A stretch of 64,000 bases of DNA from an uncultured Methylomirabilota bacterium (GCA_963705305.1 OY970067.1:3040001-3104000); one strand, 5' to 3'. Shown: positions 39,488-52,814, numbered from the stretch's first letter. Translations and numbers: made by a program. The notes: generated from the sequence alone by a model not told the origin.

Positions 39488-41114
39488 CTACAGCATGCGC
39501 GCGTAATCGCCTGGATCCACGGGGACCTCGATCAAGGTGGGGCGATCGGACCGAAGAGCCATGGTCACGGCATCATCGAGCTCGGTCCATCTCTCGGTCC
39601 GCACCCCCCGGGCGCCGAAGCCCGGGGCAATGCCGGCGAAATCAATGGGCCCGAAGTCGACGCCCTGCGGCAGGACGCCCCAGCGCTCTTGATGCAGGCG
39701 GATGAGGTGCAGGCTCCGATCCGACAGGACCACGACGACGACCGGCAGGCCAAGGCGCACGGCGGTCTCCAGCTCCGCCAGGGCCATGGCCAGGCCGCCG
39801 TCCCCCGTCACCGCCACCACCGGACGGTCGGGTCGCTCCAGCTTGGCGGCGAGGGCGGCGGGCAGGGCGTATCCCATCGTGGAGAGGCCATGGGAGACAA
39901 GGTAGGAGCGAGGCTCCCAGGCCTGCCAGATCTGGCCCAGGAGCAGCTTGTGGGCGCCCGTGTCCACCGTCACGATGGTGTCCCGCGGCACCAGGGAGCG
40001 CAAACGGGTAAAGAGGTAAGCGGGTGACAGACCCGCCTGGGTCCGGGTCGCGGCGGGCGTCAGGGAGGCGATCAGGCGCTGTCGGAAGGCTCGCACCTCG
40101 TCGGGCTCCCAGCCGTGCCGGGCGTGGACTCGCTCGCGCAGGGCATCCAGGGTGGCGGGCACATCGCCGAGAAGCTCCAGGGCCGGCATGAAGCGCGGCT
40201 CCGCCAGGCTGTAATCGGCGATGGATAGAAACGGGGATTCCGTATAGAAGGGCCGAATGGCCTCGACGGGATCGAAGCCGATCCCGATCAGGAGATCGGC
40301 GCTCTGGAGGAAGCGCACGAACAGCTTGTCCCCGGCCATTCCCGTGCTGGTGGCGACGAACGCGGGGTGGTCCTCCGGGACGAGCCCCTTGGCCTTGGGG
40401 GTGGTGGCAACCGGGACGCCGGTCGCGGCCAGCCACCGCAGCAGGGCTGGGCGAATGGCCACGGCGTCTGCCGCGATGCCTACCAGGGCCAGGGGACGCC
40501 GGGCCTCGGCGATCATGGCGGCCGCCCGCGCCAGCTCTTCCTCGGCGGGCATCCCCACGAGGCGTGGCGGGAGGCGTGGCAGCGGTTGCCTCGTCGCAGA
40601 GGAGGCCGCCGGGCCCTCCTCCTGGCGCGCCAGGTTGCTGGGCACCGAGAGGTAGACGGGGCCGGGCCGGCCCGCCACTGCGAGGTCGAGGGCCGCGCTG
40701 GACGGCGGAGGCCGTGTTGGTGCCGGTCAGCGTGTGGCTCCACTTGGTGATGGGGCGGAACAGCGCCTCCAGCTCCAGCCGCTGGTGCGGCAGCAGGGGA
40801 GCGACGGTCGTGGGAACCTGGGCGGAGATGACCAGCAGGGGGGCCCGTTCGAGCAGGGCGTTGGCCACGCCGTTCACGAGATTCGTGGCCCCGGGTCCCA
40901 CCGTGGCCAGGGCCACGCCCGGCCTGCGCGTGAGCTCGCCGACGACGCCAGTCATCAGACAGGCGGCGTTCTCGTGGCGCGTGAGCACGAATTCGATCCC
41001 GAGATCGCGGGAGGCCGCCTGAATCTCCGCCAGCTCACCGCCCGGCAGGCCAAAGATGCGGCGCACGCCGTTGGCCTTGAGGGTCGCGGCGATGACGGAG
41101 GCGGTGCTGGGCAT
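39488..41114 (-). pseudogene. ThDP-binding enzyme (acetolactate-synthase large-subunit family) with a +1 frameshift near 40693; true pseudogene or sequence error
   Basis: N-half IFGLPGGE, TRHENAA, GPGATN is in one frame. C-half RPGPVYL, TMGYALPAA, GDGG is in another. Removing one base restores AVQRALDLAVAGRPGPV. Confidence 0.85.
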
Positions 41115-41222
41115 GGGCGGTCTCCCGGAGCGCAAAAGGGGGATTTCTTCTAACATCCGAGGGGCGGCCTGTCAAGCCAAGCCCTCTCGGAGAGGTAGGG
41201 GCAAGATGCGGCGGGAGGCGCG

Positions 41223-42116
41223 ATGGCGGAACGGCTGATCGGCATCATCGGCGGCAGCGGGCTGTACGAGATGGAGGGACTGGAGGCGGTCCGGGAAGAG
41301 GTCGTGCGCACGCCCTTCGGGGACCCCTCGGACCGGTATGTCCTGGGGAGGCTGCACGGCCGGCCGGTGGCCTTTCTGGCGCGCCACGGCCGCGGCCACC
41401 GGTTGATGCCGTCGGAGCTGAACTACCGCGCCAACATCTTCGGATTCAAGGTGCTGGGGGCGGAGTGGATCATCTCCGCCTCGGCGGTGGGCAGCATGCG
41501 GGAAGAGGTCAAGCCGCTGGATATTCTGATCCCGGACCAGTTCTTCGATCGGACCAACGGGCGGCCCAGCACGTTCTTCGGCAACGGTCTGATCGCGCAC
41601 GTCAGCATGGCCGATCCGACCTGCCATGTCCTGGGGGAGATCCTGTATCGAACGGGGTGGCAGGTGGGGGCCACCATGCATCGGGGTGGGACCTACGTCT
41701 GCATCCAGGGTCCCCAGTTCTCGACCCGCGCCGAGTCGCGCATCTACCGGAGCTGGGGGGTGGACGTCATCGGGATGACCAATCTGCAGGAGGCCAAGCT
41801 GGCGCGCGAGGCGGAGATCTGTTACGCCACCATGGCCCTGGTGACCGACTACGACGTCTGGCATGCAACCGAGGAGGACGTGAACGTCGAGGCGGTGGTG
41901 AAGATCCTCCTCAAGAACGTCGAGACGGCCAAGCGGATCATCCGGGCGGCCGTGGCGGAGATTCCGGAGACGCGCGCCTGTTTCTGCGCGCATGCGCTCA
42001 AGGACGCCATCATCACCGCGCGCGATGCAGTTCCAGAGCAGGTGAGGCGCGATCTGGCGCCCATCGTCGGGAAGTACATGGGAGTCGGGGAGCCGAGGAG
42101 TCGGACAGTCGAATAG
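41223..42116 (+). CDS. mtnP: S-methyl-5'-thioadenosine phosphorylase
   Basis: IGIIGGSGLY, ARHGRGH, NYRANI, GPQFSTRAES, IGMTNLQEAKLAREAEICY, VTDYD. Confidence 0.95.
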   Translation: MAERLIGIIGGSGLYEMEGLEAVREEVVRTPFGDPSDRYVLGRLHGRPVAFLARHGRGHRLMPSELNYRANIFGFKVLGAEWIISASAVGSMREEVKPLDILIPDQFFDRTNGRPSTFFGNGLIAHVSMADPTCHVLGEILYRTGWQVGATMHRGGTYVCIQGPQFSTRAESRIYRSWGVDVIGMTNLQEAKLAREAEICYATMALVTDYDVWHATEEDVNVEAVVKILLKNVETAKRIIRAAVAEIPETRACFCAHALKDAIITARDAVPEQVRRDLAPIVGKYMGVGEPRSRTVE

Positions 42117-42232
42117 TCGAGCGGTCGAGGGGCGATCGGCGGAGGCGCTGCGATGGGCCGATAGCCTTGTCGGCCGGGCGCGGCCCCCCGGGTGATCGGC
42201 TGCTGGGTATGTTGACCACTTGACCACTCGAC
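42084..42232. repeat. Octamer arrays in inverted orientation (GTCGnnnn x6 ... TTGACCAC x2)
   Basis: gtcgggga gccgagga gtcggaca gtcgaata gtcgagcg gtcgaggg, then ttgaccac ttgaccac tcgac. Confidence 0.7.
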
Positions 42233-42255
42233 AGAAAACAGGGGGCTTTCAGGGG

Positions 42256-43188
42256 ATGAGCATTCTGGCCGTCGGTTCAATGGCTTTTGATACGGTCAAG
42301 ACCCCGTTTGGCGAGGCGACGGAGGTGTTGGGTGGCTCGGCCACGTACTTTGCCACCGCGGCGAGCTTCTTCGCTCCGGTGCGCGTGGTAGCCGTCGTGG
42401 GGGAGGACTTTCCGGATGGGCACCTGGACTTTCTGCGCAGCCGGAGCGTGGACGTGCGGGGGATCCAGCGGATGCCGGGAAAGACGTTCCGCTGGAAGGG
42501 CGAGTACGGCTATGCACTGAACGAGGCGCGCACCCTGGATACCCAATTGAATGTCTTCGCCGAGTTCGCCCCCAAGATCCCTGAGGACTACCGCGACTCC
42601 GAGGTGGTCTTCCTGGCCAATATCGATCCCGACCTCCAGCGGGACGTCCTCCGGCAGGTCCGCCGGCCGCGGCTGGTCGCCGCCGACACCATGAATTACT
42701 GGATTGGTGGGAAGCCGGAGTCGCTGCGCCAGACGCTGAGCCTGGTGGATGCCCTGGTCATCAACGATGCGGAGACCCGGCAGCTCGCCAACGATCCGAA
42801 CCTGGTCCAGGCGGTGCGAACGATCCGCAGCTGGGGGCCGCGGGTCGTGGTCGTCAAGCGGGGGGAGTACGGCGCCCTGCTGTTCCACGACGGGAACTGG
42901 TTCGCCGCGCCGGCTATTCCGCTGGAGCAGGTCCAGGACCCGACGGGGGCGGGGGATTGTTTCGCCGGGGGCCTCATGGGATACCTCGCCAGCGTGATGC
43001 GCTTCGATGACGCCACCCTGCGGCGGGCGGTGATCATGGGGTCGGTGATGGCCTCGTTTAACGTGGAAGCATTCTCGTTGGATCGGCTGCGCCGCCTGAC
43101 GCGGGAGGAGATCCAGGCCCGCTACCAGGCTTTCCGACAGCTGGCGAAGTTCGAGGACTTGGACACTCCCGGCAGCGACAAAGAATGA
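42256..43188 (+). CDS. PfkB-family carbohydrate/nucleoside kinase
   Basis: VGSMAFD, LGGSATY, KRGEYGA, DPTGAGDCFAGG. Confidence 0.93.
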   Translation: MSILAVGSMAFDTVKTPFGEATEVLGGSATYFATAASFFAPVRVVAVVGEDFPDGHLDFLRSRSVDVRGIQRMPGKTFRWKGEYGYALNEARTLDTQLNVFAEFAPKIPEDYRDSEVVFLANIDPDLQRDVLRQVRRPRLVAADTMNYWIGGKPESLRQTLSLVDALVINDAETRQLANDPNLVQAVRTIRSWGPRVVVVKRGEYGALLFHDGNWFAAPAIPLEQVQDPTGAGDCFAGGLMGYLASVMRFDDATLRRAVIMGSVMASFNVEAFSLDRLRRLTREEIQARYQAFRQLAKFEDLDTPGSDKE

Positions 43189-43228
43189 GGCGGGGCCGTC
43201 GAGGGCTCGCGCCGATGGGCGGTGGTCA

Positions 43229-44533
43229 ATGGCGACATGGCGAATTCTGGTGGTGGATGACGAACCGTACGTCCTGTTGGCGCTCCACGAGGTCCTCGCC
43301 GCCCTGCCGGCCAGCATTCAGGAGGCCCAGGATGGGGAGGAGGCGCTGCGCCTCGCCAGGGATGAGCACCCCGATCTCATCCTGCTGGACGTGAAGATGC
43401 CGGATATGGACGGCTTCCAGGTGATCGAGAAGTTGAAGCAGGATCCCGCCACCGCGGGCATCCCCGTGGTGTTCCTGAGCGCGCTGGGCGGCTCGAAGGA
43501 AAAGCTCCGGGGGCTGGAGCTGGGGGCGGAAGATTACTTGGTCAAGCCGATCGACGGGGAGGAGCTGAAGGCCCGGGTCCGGATGGTGCTGCGCCGCGCT
43601 CATACCAAAGAGACGCCGCACTCGACGGTCCTGACCCACGGGCAGCTCGAAACGACAAGCCTGGCCTCTCTCTTGCGATCCCTGAGCGGCGAGGGACGGA
43701 CCGTCCGAGTGCGGCTTCGGCGGGACGACGAGGAAGGCGAAATCGTTTTGCTGGAGGGCCGAATCACGGCGGCCGCCCAGGGGCCGCGGCGCGGCCCCGC
43801 CGCGATCTATCAGCTCTTGGGATGGCAGGACGGAACGTTCGAGATGGGCGCCGTTACACCCTCCAGCCCGATGGAGGGGGAAGTAACGGAACCGAATCAG
43901 ACCCTGCTGACCGAAGCGTCCCGCCGCCAGCTGGAGATCGCCGACCTGCGCACGAAGCTGGCAGGCGTGAAGGGCCCGCTCATGGTTTCCACCGCGGTGC
44001 GGGCGGCGGTCGAGAGCCTGGCCGCGCCGGCCGCCCTGGCCCTGGTGGCGCTTCTGGACGGCACCCGGGCCCTGCCCCAGCTACTCTGCGACAGCCCCTT
44101 TGACGATTGGGCCACGCTGCGGCTGCTGCACCGGCTGAACACCGTGGGGGCCCTGGAGAGTGTACACGTGGAGGCCGATCGCCGGACCGGCCTTCGCCTC
44201 AAGGTCGGGCTGCCCATCGAGTACCAGAGCGTGGGCCTGTGGCAGCAGAGCTCCACCTTCAACCTGTCCCCGTGGGGAGTGTTCATCCGGACTCCCGTCC
44301 CGTACGCCGTCGGGGAAGAGGTGATGCTGCGGTTTCGCCTGCCCGATCGGGAGGAGGGGATCTCCGTCCTCGGGCGCGTGATCTGGGCGAATCCGGATCC
44401 CACCCTGTGGGGCGGGACCGGCATGGGGATTCAGTTTGCGGACCTGCCCTTGGTCGAGCGAAAAGCCATCGAGGAGCATCTGGCCCAGACGATCGCCTCG
44501 CAGCTGGCCGCGGCTGCCGAGCGCCCCGCCTGA
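43229..44533 (+). CDS. Response regulator: receiver + DUF4388-like + PilZ
   Basis: ILVVDDE..LDVKMP receiver; [26 protein letters not shown] middle domain; RTGLR and [15 protein letters not shown] PilZ. Confidence 0.85.
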   Translation: MATWRILVVDDEPYVLLALHEVLAALPASIQEAQDGEEALRLARDEHPDLILLDVKMPDMDGFQVIEKLKQDPATAGIPVVFLSALGGSKEKLRGLELGAEDYLVKPIDGEELKARVRMVLRRAHTKETPHSTVLTHGQLETTSLASLLRSLSGEGRTVRVRLRRDDEEGEIVLLEGRITAAAQGPRRGPAAIYQLLGWQDGTFEMGAVTPSSPMEGEVTEPNQTLLTEASRRQLEIADLRTKLAGVKGPLMVSTAVRAAVESLAAPAALALVALLDGTRALPQLLCDSPFDDWATLRLLHRLNTVGALESVHVEADRRTGLRLKVGLPIEYQSVGLWQQSSTFNLSPWGVFIRTPVPYAVGEEVMLRFRLPDREEGISVLGRVIWANPDPTLWGGTGMGIQFADLPLVERKAIEEHLAQTIASQLAAAAERPA

Positions 44534-44582
44534 ATGGTATCCCTGTACACCCCCCTCCCCTGAGAGACCGCAGGCCGACGGT

Positions 44583-44623
44583 GCCGGCGGGCAGGCCCCG
44601 GAGCCTGCCCGCCGGCTTTTTTT
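44583..44623 (+). terminator. Intrinsic terminator
   Basis: 14-bp perfect stem GCCGGCGGGCAGGC/GCCTGCCCGCCGGC, 6-nt loop, then T7. Confidence 0.9.
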
Positions 44624-44662
44624 GACGCCTGCGGGCGGGAGGGAAACGGGGCCGTCTCATAC

Positions 44663-44690
44663 TTGCGGGCCGCTCTTGTCGGAGTATAAT
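44663..44690 (+). promoter_or_regulatory. Candidate sigma70 promoter for uvrA
   Basis: TTGCGG-16 bp-TATAAT, 50 bp upstream of the GTG start. Confidence 0.5.
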
Positions 44691-44739
44691 CAAGGGTCCC
44701 TGGCCGTTCGGCCCCCTTTCGCACGAGGAGCGATAGACC

Positions 44740-47416
<2,677 letters not shown>

Positions 47417-47656
47417 GGCCTGGTTGCCCCCTGGAGTCGTTCGTAACCTCGAACCTCGAACCTTCTCTCTCCCTACCCGCTTTGCTCAATCGTCCCATTG
47501 GGGCAGTCGAACAGGAGACAAAGTGGCTCACCTGATATCTGGTAGTCCAATGTCGTGATTTTCAACACTCCTCTCTCTATCCGCAAAACTCTATAAATGT
47601 ACATAGTTGCGGCATGGTGTGGGGCTCGAGATGTCTCTGTCGGGGACGACCAATAA

Positions 47657-47672
47657 TGGCATGCCACTTGTA
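47657..47672 (+). promoter_or_regulatory. Candidate sigma54 (-24/-12) promoter
   Basis: TGGCATG-CCAC-TTGTA against consensus TGGCACG-N4-TTGCW. The -12 C is replaced by T. AT-rich region upstream. Confidence 0.45.
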
Positions 47673-47682
47673 TCAACAAAAC

Positions 47683-47853
47683 GCAGTCGTAAGCCGTTCT
47701 AATTCGAGGAACTAACGGAGTTCACCCTGGGCGTTCGGCGCCAAGCGCCGAGAGAGTCCGGGTTACAAGCTGAAGCCGCGGGACCGACTCCCCCCCTCCC
47801 CGGTCCCGCGACCAGACCCCCGGCCTGAGCAATCGGGCCGGGGGTATTTCTTT
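47683..47853 (+). ncRNA. Candidate small regulatory RNA
   Basis: ORF-free segment between the sigma54-like promoter and a terminator. Contains hairpins, one with a 14-nt C-rich loop. Confidence 0.4.
47816..47853 (+). terminator. Intrinsic terminator-like hairpin
   Basis: ACCCCCGGCCTGA-GCAA-TCGGGCCGGGGGT followed by ATTTCTTT. Confidence 0.7.
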
Positions 47854-47863
47854 GCTGCAACCC

Positions 47864-49101
47864 AAGGGGACGTAGTTCACTTATTTCCGATAACTGCTTG
47901 ACAGCCGGAACGCGGGAATAGTAAGGTCTATCTACAATGCCGCGCGGACCACGACTGGACGCTCCGGGGGCTCTCCATCACGTCATCGTGAGGGGGATTG
48001 AGCGTCGAAATATCTTTCGATCGGATGGGGATCGCGCGGATTTCGTCCAGCGACTCGAGCGTGTCTGGGAGAGGACCGGGCTCAATGTCCTGGCCTGGGC
48101 GCTCCTTCCCAATCATGTCCATCTGCTGGTTCGCTCGGGCTTTCGCCCTCTTGCCGCTTCTATGCGGCAGTTGCTCACGGGCTATGCGATCAGCTTCAAC
48201 CTGCGGCATCGGCGCATAGGTCATCTCTTCCAAAATCGGTACAAATCGATTTTAGTCGAAGAGGATCCCTACCTTCTGGAGTTGGTTCGGTACATCCACC
48301 TGAATCCCCTCCGTGCGTGCATTGTGAAGGACGTGGGTGCTCTGGAACGATTCAGATGGACAGGGCATTCGGTGATACTCGGGAGGATGTCTCGTCCGTG
48401 GCAAGCGACCGGGGAGGTGCTTGGGCGCTTTGGGGGGCGCCTCTCGACGGCACGGCAGGCCTATCGGTCTTTCGTGCGGAATGGCGCCAAGAATGGGCAT
48501 CGCCCAGACTTGCAGGGCGGAGGGCTGCGGCGCAGCATGGGTGGATGGGAGAACGTGGCGGTACTGGGACGTGGCCGGGAGTTGTGGACGGCAGACGAGC
48601 GCATCTTGGGCGGTCCTGACTTCGTTCTTGGGGTGCTGAAGGAAGCCGAGCAGACTTCCCGACAGGGCCATTCAGAGGCAAAGCCTTCTCTGAACGAGGT
48701 GATCGAGCGGGTCGCAAAAGATCTGGGCTTGTCAGTGAAGGAGTGTTGTGGTGGGGGGCGCCGTCGCCTTTTGGTCAGAGCGCGCGCCGTGATCAGCCAT
48801 AAGGCGGTTCGCGAATTGGGATTCCCGGTGGTGTCCGTTGCGCGCGCCCTCGGGGTTTCCTCACAGGCGATACTCATGGGACTGGAGCGTGTGGAACGAC
48901 GGGGAGAGCCCGGGGGGGGTCGGACGTTACGAAGGACCAGTGCGACCGGTGGCTGAGAGCAGGCTGGAAGCTCCCAAGACCTCTGGTGTGTTTGGTGGCG
49001 TGGGCACCGGATGAAGGCGAAGAGGGTGGCTGAAAACAGTGACAGCAATAAGAGGTTTGCTCGGAAATGACATATCGGAAATAACTGAACAACGTCCCAT
49101 T
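47864..49101 (+). mobile_element. RAYT locus bounded by 29-bp imperfect inverted repeats
   Basis: AAGGGGACGTAGTTCACTTATTTCCGATA (47864-47892) against the reverse complement of 49073-49101, 26/29 identical. Confidence 0.8.
47937..48956 (+). CDS. REP-associated tyrosine transposase (RAYT/Y1 HUH) with C-terminal helix-turn-helix extension
   Basis: MPRGPR..HHVIVRGIERRNIF, PNHVHLL (HUH), GHLFQNRYKS, RYIHLNPLRA, and a C-terminal RARAVI..VARALGVS HTH-like tail. Confidence 0.9.
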   Translation: MPRGPRLDAPGALHHVIVRGIERRNIFRSDGDRADFVQRLERVWERTGLNVLAWALLPNHVHLLVRSGFRPLAASMRQLLTGYAISFNLRHRRIGHLFQNRYKSILVEEDPYLLELVRYIHLNPLRACIVKDVGALERFRWTGHSVILGRMSRPWQATGEVLGRFGGRLSTARQAYRSFVRNGAKNGHRPDLQGGGLRRSMGGWENVAVLGRGRELWTADERILGGPDFVLGVLKEAEQTSRQGHSEAKPSLNEVIERVAKDLGLSVKECCGGGRRRLLVRARAVISHKAVRELGFPVVSVARALGVSSQAILMGLERVERRGEPGGGRTLRRTSATGG

Positions 49102-49517
49102 CTCAAGGCCTGACCCCAATCACGGACCGGGGGGGCGAAGAGCGTGGAGGGCGGAGCAAGGAGGGCCGGGAACAGAGTGCACAGATCTTTTCTTGGCGCC
49201 GTGAGACCGGGGCGCAATGATGGTGTTGACAAGTCCCCCACAGATTGGTAGAGGTGTCATATATTTCACGCATATTTTCAAGGTTCAGAAAGAACGGAAG
49301 AATTCGATGGTCGCCATTGCGAGCATCTGGGACTCAAAGATCCTCCAGCCACACCATCGCTCAACCCGTCACCCCAATCAATCGACCCCCGCTCTTGCAT
49401 CTCGCTTGACGAAGGCAATATGCCTATTATCGGGCCCCGTTCGAATGCCGGCGATGGCGGGTTAGCCGGCGGGAGACGGCTCGTGGGCGAAGCCCCGCAT
49501 GAGTTACGGAGGGGAGT

Positions 49518-52500
49518 ATGAATAGGGCCGGGCGACGGACAGCGCTCCGGTTGTCGGCTATCTACGTTCTCCTGGCGGGGGTCTGGATCTCCATTTCGGA
49601 TCGCATCGTGTCGTCGCTGACGACCAATCCGGCGCATATGACGCGACTACAAAACTACAAAGGATGGGCATTCGTCCTGGTCACCGGCGGAATGCTGCTC
49701 TTCCTGCTCCACCGAGAATTTCGCCGCCGAGAAAAGATTGAGGAGGGCCTTCGAGCAGGCGAAGCGCAATATCGGATACTCTTTGAGAACAGTCGGCAAG
49801 GCGTGCTGCTTACCACCCCGGACGGACACATCCTGGCCGCCAACCCCGCGGCCTGCCGGCTCTTCGGCTGGACAGAAACGGAGATCTGCCGGGAGAAATG
49901 GGACTCCCTGATAGAAAACACCGATCCCCGGTCGGCAGCCGAATTCGAGGAGCGGGCGCGCACGGGCCCGTTCGCTGGCGAGGTGCGGTTCCGGCGGAAG
50001 GACGGCAGCAGTTTCGAGGGTCATGTGACCTCGACCGTCTTTACCGATCGGGGCGGGGAATCTCGGGTCAGCATATTCGTCCGGGATGTGACCGAGCCGA
50101 AACGCGCCGCGGCCACGCTGACGCGCCTCAATCAGGATCTCCGCACGATCAGTCTCTGCAATCAGGTTCTCGTGCGTGCGAAGGGCGAAGGGGAGCTGCT
50201 GGGGGAGATCTGCCGGACCATCGTCGAGGTGGGCGGGCATCGGGCCGCCTGGGTGGGCTTCGTCGAAGGGGAGGATAGTCGTCACGTCCGACCGGTCACA
50301 GTCGTGGGCTGCGAGCCGGACCGGCTGGACCGGCACGCCATGGATCTGGCGGACCCGGCCTGGGAGACGTGTCCAGTGGCCTCCGCCGTCCGGACCGCGG
50401 GCGTGCAGGTCGTCCATGACCTCCCGGGGAATCCGCCCCGCTGCCCGTGGCACGATGAGGCGATGCGCCTCGGGATCGGCTCGTCCATCTCCCTGCCGCT
50501 CAAACAGGACGGGCGGCCCTTCGGGGTGCTGACGATCTATTTCCCGGCTCGAGACGCGTTCACCGCCGAGGAAGAGACGCTCCTTGTCGAGCTGGCCGAC
50601 GACCTGGCCTATGGCATTCAGGCGCTGCGCACGCAGAAAGCACACGAGCAAGCCCAGGCCGACATCGAGAGCCTCGCGCGGTTCCCCGGTGAGAACCCCA
50701 GTCCCATCATGCGGATTCGGGAGGACGGGGTGCTGCTGTATGCCAACGAGCCCTGCGGCCCGCTCCTCCGCCTGTGGGGCACCGGTATCGGCGGCCCGGT
50801 CCCGGCGGAGTGGGGCGCACGGGTCCGGTGCGCCCTAGAAACAGGTGCGAGAGCGGGCATTGATCTGCCATGCGAGGGGCGAATCTTTTCAATCGTCCTG
50901 GCGCCCGTCCCGGAGGCACTGTACGCGAACCTCTACGGCCGTGACGTCACCGAGCGCAGGCAGGCGGAGGAGGAGTTGGCCGCGCACGCCCGCCGGCTGG
51001 AAACGGTGCGTACGATCAGTAGTGAGATCACCCGGGAGCTGAATCTGGGCGCGCTGCTGCAGCGGATCATCCAGGAAGCGGTGGCGCTGGTGGGGGCCCG
51101 CTCGGGGATGCTGCGCCTCTGGGACGCGGACCACCAGAGACTCGTCCCGTATGCCTGGATCGGCTATGAGACCGTGCGGCCGGACATCGTGCTCCGCCTC
51201 GGCGAGGGGGTGGCCGGGACGGCCGCCCAGCAAGAGACCGGCTTCTTTGTGAACGATTTCCGAGCGTCTCCCTACGCCACGGCCGCCCTCCTGGCGGCGA
51301 CCACCCACCGCGCGGTCCTGGCCGAGCCGCTCCTCTACCGCGAGCGTCTGTTGGGCGTCGTCAACGTGAACCACGAGGCGCCCGACCGTGCCTTCACGCC
51401 GGCGGACCAGGAGATCCTGGCCCTGTTCGCCAGCCAGGCGGCCATCGCCATCGAGAACGCCCGCCTTCATAAGGCGGCCCTGCGCCGCATGGAGGAGCTA
51501 CAAGCGCTCCTCCGGGCCACGCGGTCGGTCATGAGCGGCCTGAATCTGGAGGGGACCCTGGACCGGATCCTCACCGAGGCTGCCCAGATCTCCGGCAGCC
51601 CCCGCGTCAAAATCCTCCTGCTGGACAACCGGACAGGGGAGCTCCAACTAAAGGCGGTCAAGAACCCCACAGCCAGGGTGTCCGCAGGACTCCGGCCCCG
51701 AATAGGCCTCTCACACATCGTGGTGGCGACCCGCGAACCGCTATTCGTCTCGGACTGCCAGCACGACTCGCGAAATCCTTACGCCGATCAGGACCGGGAG
51801 TTTGGGCACGTGACCTACCTCGGCCTGCCCATCCTGGTCGGAGAGGAGGTCGCTGGCGTGTTGACCTTCAACACGACAGAGCCCCGCGAGTACACGCCGG
51901 AGGAGATCGCCTACCTCATGTCGTTCACCACCCAAGCCGCCATCGCCATCGAGAACGCCCGGCTGTACGAGGAGACCCGCCGCCACGCCGCCGAATTGGA
52001 GCAGCGCGTGGCGGAACGGACAGCGGAGCTGGAGTGGGCCAACCGGGAGCTCGCCGCCGCCTCCCAGCACAAGTCCGCTTTCCTCGCCAACATGTCCCAC
52101 GAACTCCGGACCCCACTGAACGGGATCCTCGGCTTCGCCCAGATCCTCCAGGAGCAGGCGGGGCCCGCCCTCACGGAGAAGCAGCGCCGGTACCTGAATC
52201 ACATCTACGGGAGCGGCCAGCACCTCCTCACCCTCATCAACGACATCCTGGATCTGTCCAAGGTCGAGGCCGGGAAGGTCGTCCTCCAGCCGGAGCCCCT
52301 CCCGGTGGCCCAAACCCTGGAGGACCTCCTCGTCATTGCCCGGGGCCTCGCCAACAAGCGGGCGCAGACCCTCACGGCTGAAATCGCCCCAGACCTGCCC
52401 CCCCTCACGGCCGACCCCGTCCGCTTCAAGCAGATCCTGTTCAACCTCCTCAGCAATGCCGTCAAGTTCACCCCCGACCGAGGCACTATCACGCTGACGG

Positions 52501-52814
52501 CCTGCCAGGTGACGGAGGACCGGAGCCCGGAGACCGACGCCACCCCCCGTCTCCCGTCCCCGGTCCCCTGTCTGGAACTCGCCGTGACCGACACCGGCGT
52601 CGGCATCAAGGCGGAGGACCTCCCGAAGCTCTTCCAGGAGTTCACCCAGCTCGAGACGACCCGCGCCCAGGCCCAGGAGGGCACCAGCCTCGGCCTCGCC
52701 CTCACCCGACGCCTGGTCGAGCTCCACGGAGGTCGGATCTGGGCCGCCTCCCCGGGCGAGGGCCAGGGGAGCACGTTCACGGTGGTGCTGCCCCTGGGAG
52801 GGCCGCTGGCATGA
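49518..52814 (+). CDS. Membrane sensor histidine kinase (2 TM, PAS, GAF, PAS-like, 2 GAF, HisKA, HATPase_c)
   Basis: ANPAACRLFG, AIENARL repeats, FLANMSHELRTPLNGILGF, NLLSNAVKFT, DTGVGI. Confidence 0.93.
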   Translation: MNRAGRRTALRLSAIYVLLAGVWISISDRIVSSLTTNPAHMTRLQNYKGWAFVLVTGGMLLFLLHREFRRREKIEEGLRAGEAQYRILFENSRQGVLLTTPDGHILAANPAACRLFGWTETEICREKWDSLIENTDPRSAAEFEERARTGPFAGEVRFRRKDGSSFEGHVTSTVFTDRGGESRVSIFVRDVTEPKRAAATLTRLNQDLRTISLCNQVLVRAKGEGELLGEICRTIVEVGGHRAAWVGFVEGEDSRHVRPVTVVGCEPDRLDRHAMDLADPAWETCPVASAVRTAGVQVVHDLPGNPPRCPWHDEAMRLGIGSSISLPLKQDGRPFGVLTIYFPARDAFTAEEETLLVELADDLAYGIQALRTQKAHEQAQADIESLARFPGENPSPIMRIREDGVLLYANEPCGPLLRLWGTGIGGPVPAEWGARVRCALETGARAGIDLPCEGRIFSIVLAPVPEALYANLYGRDVTERRQAEEELAAHARRLETVRTISSEITRELNLGALLQRIIQEAVALVGARSGMLRLWDADHQRLVPYAWIGYETVRPDIVLRLGEGVAGTAAQQETGFFVNDFRASPYATAALLAATTHRAVLAEPLLYRERLLGVVNVNHEAPDRAFTPADQEILALFASQAAIAIENARLHKAALRRMEELQALLRATRSVMSGLNLEGTLDRILTEAAQISGSPRVKILLLDNRTGELQLKAVKNPTARVSAGLRPRIGLSHIVVATREPLFVSDCQHDSRNPYADQDREFGHVTYLGLPILVGEEVAGVLTFNTTEPREYTPEEIAYLMSFTTQAAIAIENARLYEETRRHAAELEQRVAERTAELEWANRELAAASQHKSAFLANMSHELRTPLNGILGFAQILQEQAGPALTEKQRRYLNHIYGSGQHLLTLINDILDLSKVEAGKVVLQPEPLPVAQTLEDLLVIARGLANKRAQTLTAEIAPDLPPLTADPVRFKQILFNLLSNAVKFTPDRGTITLTACQVTEDRSPETDATPRLPSPVPCLELAVTDTGVGIKAEDLPKLFQEFTQLETTRAQAQEGTSLGLALTRRLVELHGGRIWAASPGEGQGSTFTVVLPLGGPLA

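Noticed and set aside
41223..43188. mtnP next to a PfkB kinase as a novel pathway
   Set aside because: A plausible ordinary nucleoside-salvage pairing with nothing unusual in the sequence.
47473..47679. 68-aa minus-strand ORF in the AT-rich gap after uvrA
   Set aside because: TTG start, no RBS and no motif. The region is better explained as regulatory DNA.
52676..52700. G2 box reads GTSLGL instead of GTGLGL
   Set aside because: A single substitution with all other catalytic boxes intact is not enough to call the kinase inactive.
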